Part shown: in pieces, positions 34,413-37,642 of the stretch
Numbering within the stretch: position 1 is the first letter of the stretch
Layout: each line of letters starts with the position of its first letter
Source of the DNA: a virus
Lineage: Duplodnaviria > Caudoviricetes
Length of the DNA: 37,642 nucleotides
Virus record (IMG/VR): IMGVR_UViG_3300031953_000063
Span: 1 to 37,642 of that record
Direction: 5' to 3' (one strand)
Notes under the pieces: model-generated
What the model saw: only the letters and a program-made list of their open reading frames with translations
The model's database searches: none
What the model was told of the DNA's origin: nothing
Translations under genes and position numbers: made by a program

Positions 34413-35324
34413 ATGACACCAACAATAAACGAAATCCAAACCGAAATACTAGAAACAGCTGCAGGCGCAGACGCCCTTCCAGCAACTGCAGTATTAACGG
34501 AAAATGAGCAGGCTACACTGGCCAATCTAACCAGCACCAGCAAAGTAAGTGTTTTTAGGTTATTTGTGTTTGTAGTGGCTATGGTAGCGTGGACATTGCG
34601 CCAACTTTGGGCTATCCTTAGCGCAGACATAGATGAGCGCATTGCCGTTTCGCGGCCGTTTAGTCGCGGGTGGTACACCCAAACCGCACTAAACTACCAA
34701 CACGGTCAAGAACTGCCAGAAACAGGTGTGTACGATAATACAGGCTTAACCATTGCGCAAATAGCCGCAAAAAAGATAGTAGCTAAAGCCGCTGTGGTGG
34801 AAGGCACTATAAACGCCCACGGTATATTAAGGATAAAAGTAGCCAAAGACAATGCCGGGGTTCTGGCGCCACTTAGCTCTGGTGAGCTTATAGGTTTTAC
34901 TAAATATATAAATTTAATGGGTGCAGGAGGCATAAGCTTGGCAACCAGCAGTGCCGAGGCAGACAAACTGAAAGTGGTTTACAAATTATATTACGATCCA
35001 ACCATCTTAAACAACTTAGGGAAACGTCTGGACGGCACCAATGACACCCCTGTTAAAGATGCTTTAAAAGCGTATTTAAAAGATAAAAACAGCCGCGATT
35101 TTAACGGCGAACTTTCACTGGACCAATTGAACGATGTGGTAGAAAATGTACCAGGCATTACAGATGTGTTTATTCAGTTAGCTTCCAGCAGCTATAACGC
35201 TTTTGATTATGACAGCACCAATCCACAGGGCAACGTGGGACCATTCACCGAATTTAGACAACCACAATCTGGTTATTTTAAACTAGATGAAGCAAACAGC
35301 ACTTTTACATACATAGCGCGATAA
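34413..35324 (+). CDS. Baseplate wedge J-like protein
   Basis: 'STSKVSVFRL', 'LRIKVAK', 'FNGEL...VPGITD', 'SGYF'. Confidence 0.8.
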   Translation: MTPTINEIQTEILETAAGADALPATAVLTENEQATLANLTSTSKVSVFRLFVFVVAMVAWTLRQLWAILSADIDERIAVSRPFSRGWYTQTALNYQHGQELPETGVYDNTGLTIAQIAAKKIVAKAAVVEGTINAHGILRIKVAKDNAGVLAPLSSGELIGFTKYINLMGAGGISLATSSAEADKLKVVYKLYYDPTILNNLGKRLDGTNDTPVKDALKAYLKDKNSRDFNGELSLDQLNDVVENVPGITDVFIQLASSSYNAFDYDSTNPQGNVGPFTEFRQPQSGYFKLDEANSTFTYIAR

Positions 35325-35842
35325 TGATAAACGGCAACATTTATAGAGTTAATTACGAAAGTTTTAAGGAGCAGCTGCTGCCTATTTTAATGCGTCGACC
35401 AAAAACGTTGGCGTATTTAAGCGCGTTGCTTTCGCCTTTCGTTACGTTGTATTTTGATTTTGTAGACTTTAAAGATAAAGCCATCTACAAAACAGAACAC
35501 AATGCCGCTATTACGTTGCTTCAAAAAATGTTGAACGATGGCTACGACGATGTGGAGCGCCGTATTTACATAAACAATGCCGAAATAACCGCCACCCAAC
35601 ACTATTACGATACAGATGCTGGCGACCCGTTAGAATTTTACGATGTAGGCGAAGGAGATCCGCAATGGTTTTTTAACCAGGAAACCTTTAATGTTTACGG
35701 TAGCGATTTTACGGTGTTTCTACCTGCAGGAATTCGCCCAATATTACAGGCAGACGAAGAGCGATTGATTACAAAAATTAAAGCAGATTTAGATTATTAC
35801 AAAATGTTTGGAACCAAATACACAATAATATGGTTGAGTTAA
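35324..35842 (+). CDS. Baseplate wedge I-like protein
   Basis: 'LQKMLNDGYD...RIYI', 'DFTVFLP', 'YYKMFGTKY'. Confidence 0.75.
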   Translation: MINGNIYRVNYESFKEQLLPILMRRPKTLAYLSALLSPFVTLYFDFVDFKDKAIYKTEHNAAITLLQKMLNDGYDDVERRIYINNAEITATQHYYDTDAGDPLEFYDVGEGDPQWFFNQETFNVYGSDFTVFLPAGIRPILQADEERLITKIKADLDYYKMFGTKYTIIWLS

Positions 35843-36549
35843 TTATAGAAGAAACAGGCTTTCCAAAGAACCGGGAAACCTTAAAAGAAATGCAGGACAG
35901 TTTTAAACTGCCTATACAGGAATTATTAGGCATATTGCCCGGCAACCGTATTTTTAGCGGTTTTGAAGTAACCACAAACGGTGGTGGCGGAATGATTTCT
36001 ACTGAAGGTAGACTAATCTGGAAGGGTAAAATGTGGACTATTGAAGCCTTTAACGGTCTTACGGGTAACGGCAACTATATTTCATTTTTTGAAGAAACTA
36101 TTAACCTTAGTTTTAACGTAGGAACGCAGGAAAATCCCGTTTATGAAGCGAGGCCGGGTAAAATACGTCGCTATGCGCAGATAGGTAACAATCTGGCTGG
36201 CAATGTAGGTGTAGCTTTACGTTCAACATTTATGCGTGGCCGTAAACTCTTAGAATATTTGAGAGCGGGTAGTATTTATGTGGGGCTGGTGGTAACAGAT
36301 CTTAACACAGCTATTTACCACGTCGATTTTCGCGGCAATATTGGCACGCAGGACTACCAAGTGTTAGGCAACTTTAGAGCGGCAAACGCTGAGCTTAGTT
36401 TTTCGCGCGCTTTTACGTGGGATATTAATAACCGCACTAAATATGGGTTTGATGTTTATATCCAGCAAGCTACAGCCAACAGCATTGCGTTGATTTTTGA
36501 CTATACAGTAATCCCAATTAACAGAACTTCCACCGCCACCGAAGGGTAA
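35830..36549 (+). CDS. Short tail fibre protein with lectin-like C-terminal domain
   Basis: 'GFP...ETLKEMQ' N-terminus; beta-rich C-terminus 'VDF...DYQV...RTKYGFDV'. Confidence 0.6.
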   Translation: MVELIIEETGFPKNRETLKEMQDSFKLPIQELLGILPGNRIFSGFEVTTNGGGGMISTEGRLIWKGKMWTIEAFNGLTGNGNYISFFEETINLSFNVGTQENPVYEARPGKIRRYAQIGNNLAGNVGVALRSTFMRGRKLLEYLRAGSIYVGLVVTDLNTAIYHVDFRGNIGTQDYQVLGNFRAANAELSFSRAFTWDINNRTKYGFDVYIQQATANSIALIFDYTVIPINRTSTATEG

Positions 36550-36560
36550 AAATTGAATTT

Positions 36561-37073
36561 ATGAGATATTATAGAGCATACGAAACCGACAACAGGCCAT
36601 TCCTTCTTTTTGAATTGGTTGCAGACAGCCTGCAGGAACTTGAAGAAATAGGACTAGATGCAGATCCGTTGGTAGTAACCGAGGATCAATTGATGAACCC
36701 AGCAGACCCAGATTACATTAGCTACGAGTATGGCATATGCCATAAGCGCATTTTTGGCGGTGTTATAGCAGATAGGCTCACTGGCGAAATTACCGCCCAG
36801 CAGACGGCTTTAAATGCAGCCACGCAATTAGTAAAAACCAAAGAGGTTGAAGCCGCACTGGAAGTGGAAACATTTACTTATGCTAGTAGAAAGTTTCCGT
36901 TAACGCCATCTGCCAGAAGTGTGTATACGGCCATTGTAGATGGTAATCCAGCAAGTACAAACTTAATAACTACAACAGGTAGTTATACCTTGTTGCAGGC
37001 GAGTATTCCCGCTTTTAAAGCAGCTTATTACGCTGCCCTTTTTGCAGTTAACGATACAGAACTACCGGAATGA
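36561..37073 (+). CDS. Tail fibre assembly-like protein
   Basis: Follows the fibre gene; 'FTYASRKF' C-terminal region. Confidence 0.5.
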   Translation: MRYYRAYETDNRPFLLFELVADSLQELEEIGLDADPLVVTEDQLMNPADPDYISYEYGICHKRIFGGVIADRLTGEITAQQTALNAATQLVKTKEVEAALEVETFTYASRKFPLTPSARSVYTAIVDGNPASTNLITTTGSYTLLQASIPAFKAAYYAALFAVNDTELPE

Positions 37074-37531
37074 TACAAATTATAATAGAAAATTGGGAAG
37101 CAATATCGGGTATAATCCTATTTCTTTTTGGCGGTGGGTTTTTCGCGTGGAAGCTTAAAAGGGTTGAAGTGAAGGAAGCAACATCTTCTGCTGAGCATAA
37201 AGATACTGAAGCGGTGAAAGCTATCCGGGATCTCTACGGCTCGTTTGTTGACGATTATAAACAACAGTATGAAGAGCTGAAGCAGCAAATGAAGCAAGAG
37301 CGCGAACAATTTAATTCGCAATTAGGTATAATCCGCGAAGATTTAAACGCTGTTAAAAAGGAAAACATAGAGCAACGAAAAGACCTGCGTATACTGCATA
37401 AGGAGAATAAAGAACTACGTACAGATATAAACAACTGGCGGGAAAAGTACAACGCCCTAAAGCTAGAGTTTGATCTCTACAAAGCTAAAGACGAGCAGCT
37501 AAAGAAGATATCCAGCGACGGCACAGCATAG
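37070..37531 (+). CDS. Holin-like protein: N-terminal TM plus long coiled coil
   Basis: 'WEAISGIILFLFGGGFFAW' followed by heptad-rich sequence. Confidence 0.55.
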   Translation: MIQIIIENWEAISGIILFLFGGGFFAWKLKRVEVKEATSSAEHKDTEAVKAIRDLYGSFVDDYKQQYEELKQQMKQEREQFNSQLGIIREDLNAVKKENIEQRKDLRILHKENKELRTDINNWREKYNALKLEFDLYKAKDEQLKKISSDGTA

Positions 37532-37591
37532 TATCTGCACCTTTAAACCTCTTTTAAACCAACTTTAAAGTACCTTGCAAAAATATTTTTT

Positions 37592-37642
37592 TGTACTATT
37601 TGATTTGAATTTGTGTACTTTTTGATTTTGCGATTATATACA
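37592..37642 (-). repeat. Right end (attR): two tandem transposase sites and terminal CA
   Basis: TGTACTATTTGATTT 37592-37606 and TGTACTTTTTGATTT 37614-37628 (22-bp period); window ends in TACA. Confidence 0.8.

Larger units (their letters stand above)
1..37642. mobile_element. Mu-like transposable prophage/phage (contractile tail), Bacteroidota host
   Basis: DDE transposase plus AAA ATPase pair, Mu-type portal/MuF/gp36/gpG genes, sheath/tube/baseplate genes, terminal CA with tandem end repeats, Mu-like size. Confidence 0.95.

Overview
The window is an essentially complete ~37.6 kb Mu-like (transposable) myovirus prophage or phage of a Bacteroidota host, probably Flavobacteriaceae (TAnnTTTG promoters, no Shine-Dalgarno motifs, Flavobacterial REP-like repeats). 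The right end terminates in ...CA with two tandem putative transposase-binding repeats. Two inverted copies lie near the left edge, but no clear left TG terminus is visible. Layout: an immunity region (small lipopeptide, 4-TM protein and small protein converging on an XRE repressor, with a divergent Ner/Cro); MuA and MuB plus a second ATPase; an accessory region of small ORFs; a Mor/C-like activator; a minus-strand head-packaging block (TerS, TerL, gp36, portal, MuF, gpG, tail completion); and a plus-strand block (Clp protease, capsid, lysis, contractile tail, baseplate, fibres, holin-like protein). Most interesting: (1) an unannotated 49-aa lipopeptide gene overlapping a membrane-protein gene under a putative repressor operator, a candidate peptide-signalling or exclusion module; (2) an array of abutting attC-like inverted repeats that split ORFs in frame at GTT, a candidate gene-module shuffling system; (3) a tRNA-Leu-like RNA with a branched insertion plus two other structured RNAs; (4) two programmed -1 frameshifts (portal-MuF and tail chaperone); (5) a circularly permuted SGNH domain in a virion protein. 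All product calls come from motif recognition and gene order; no database searches were run.
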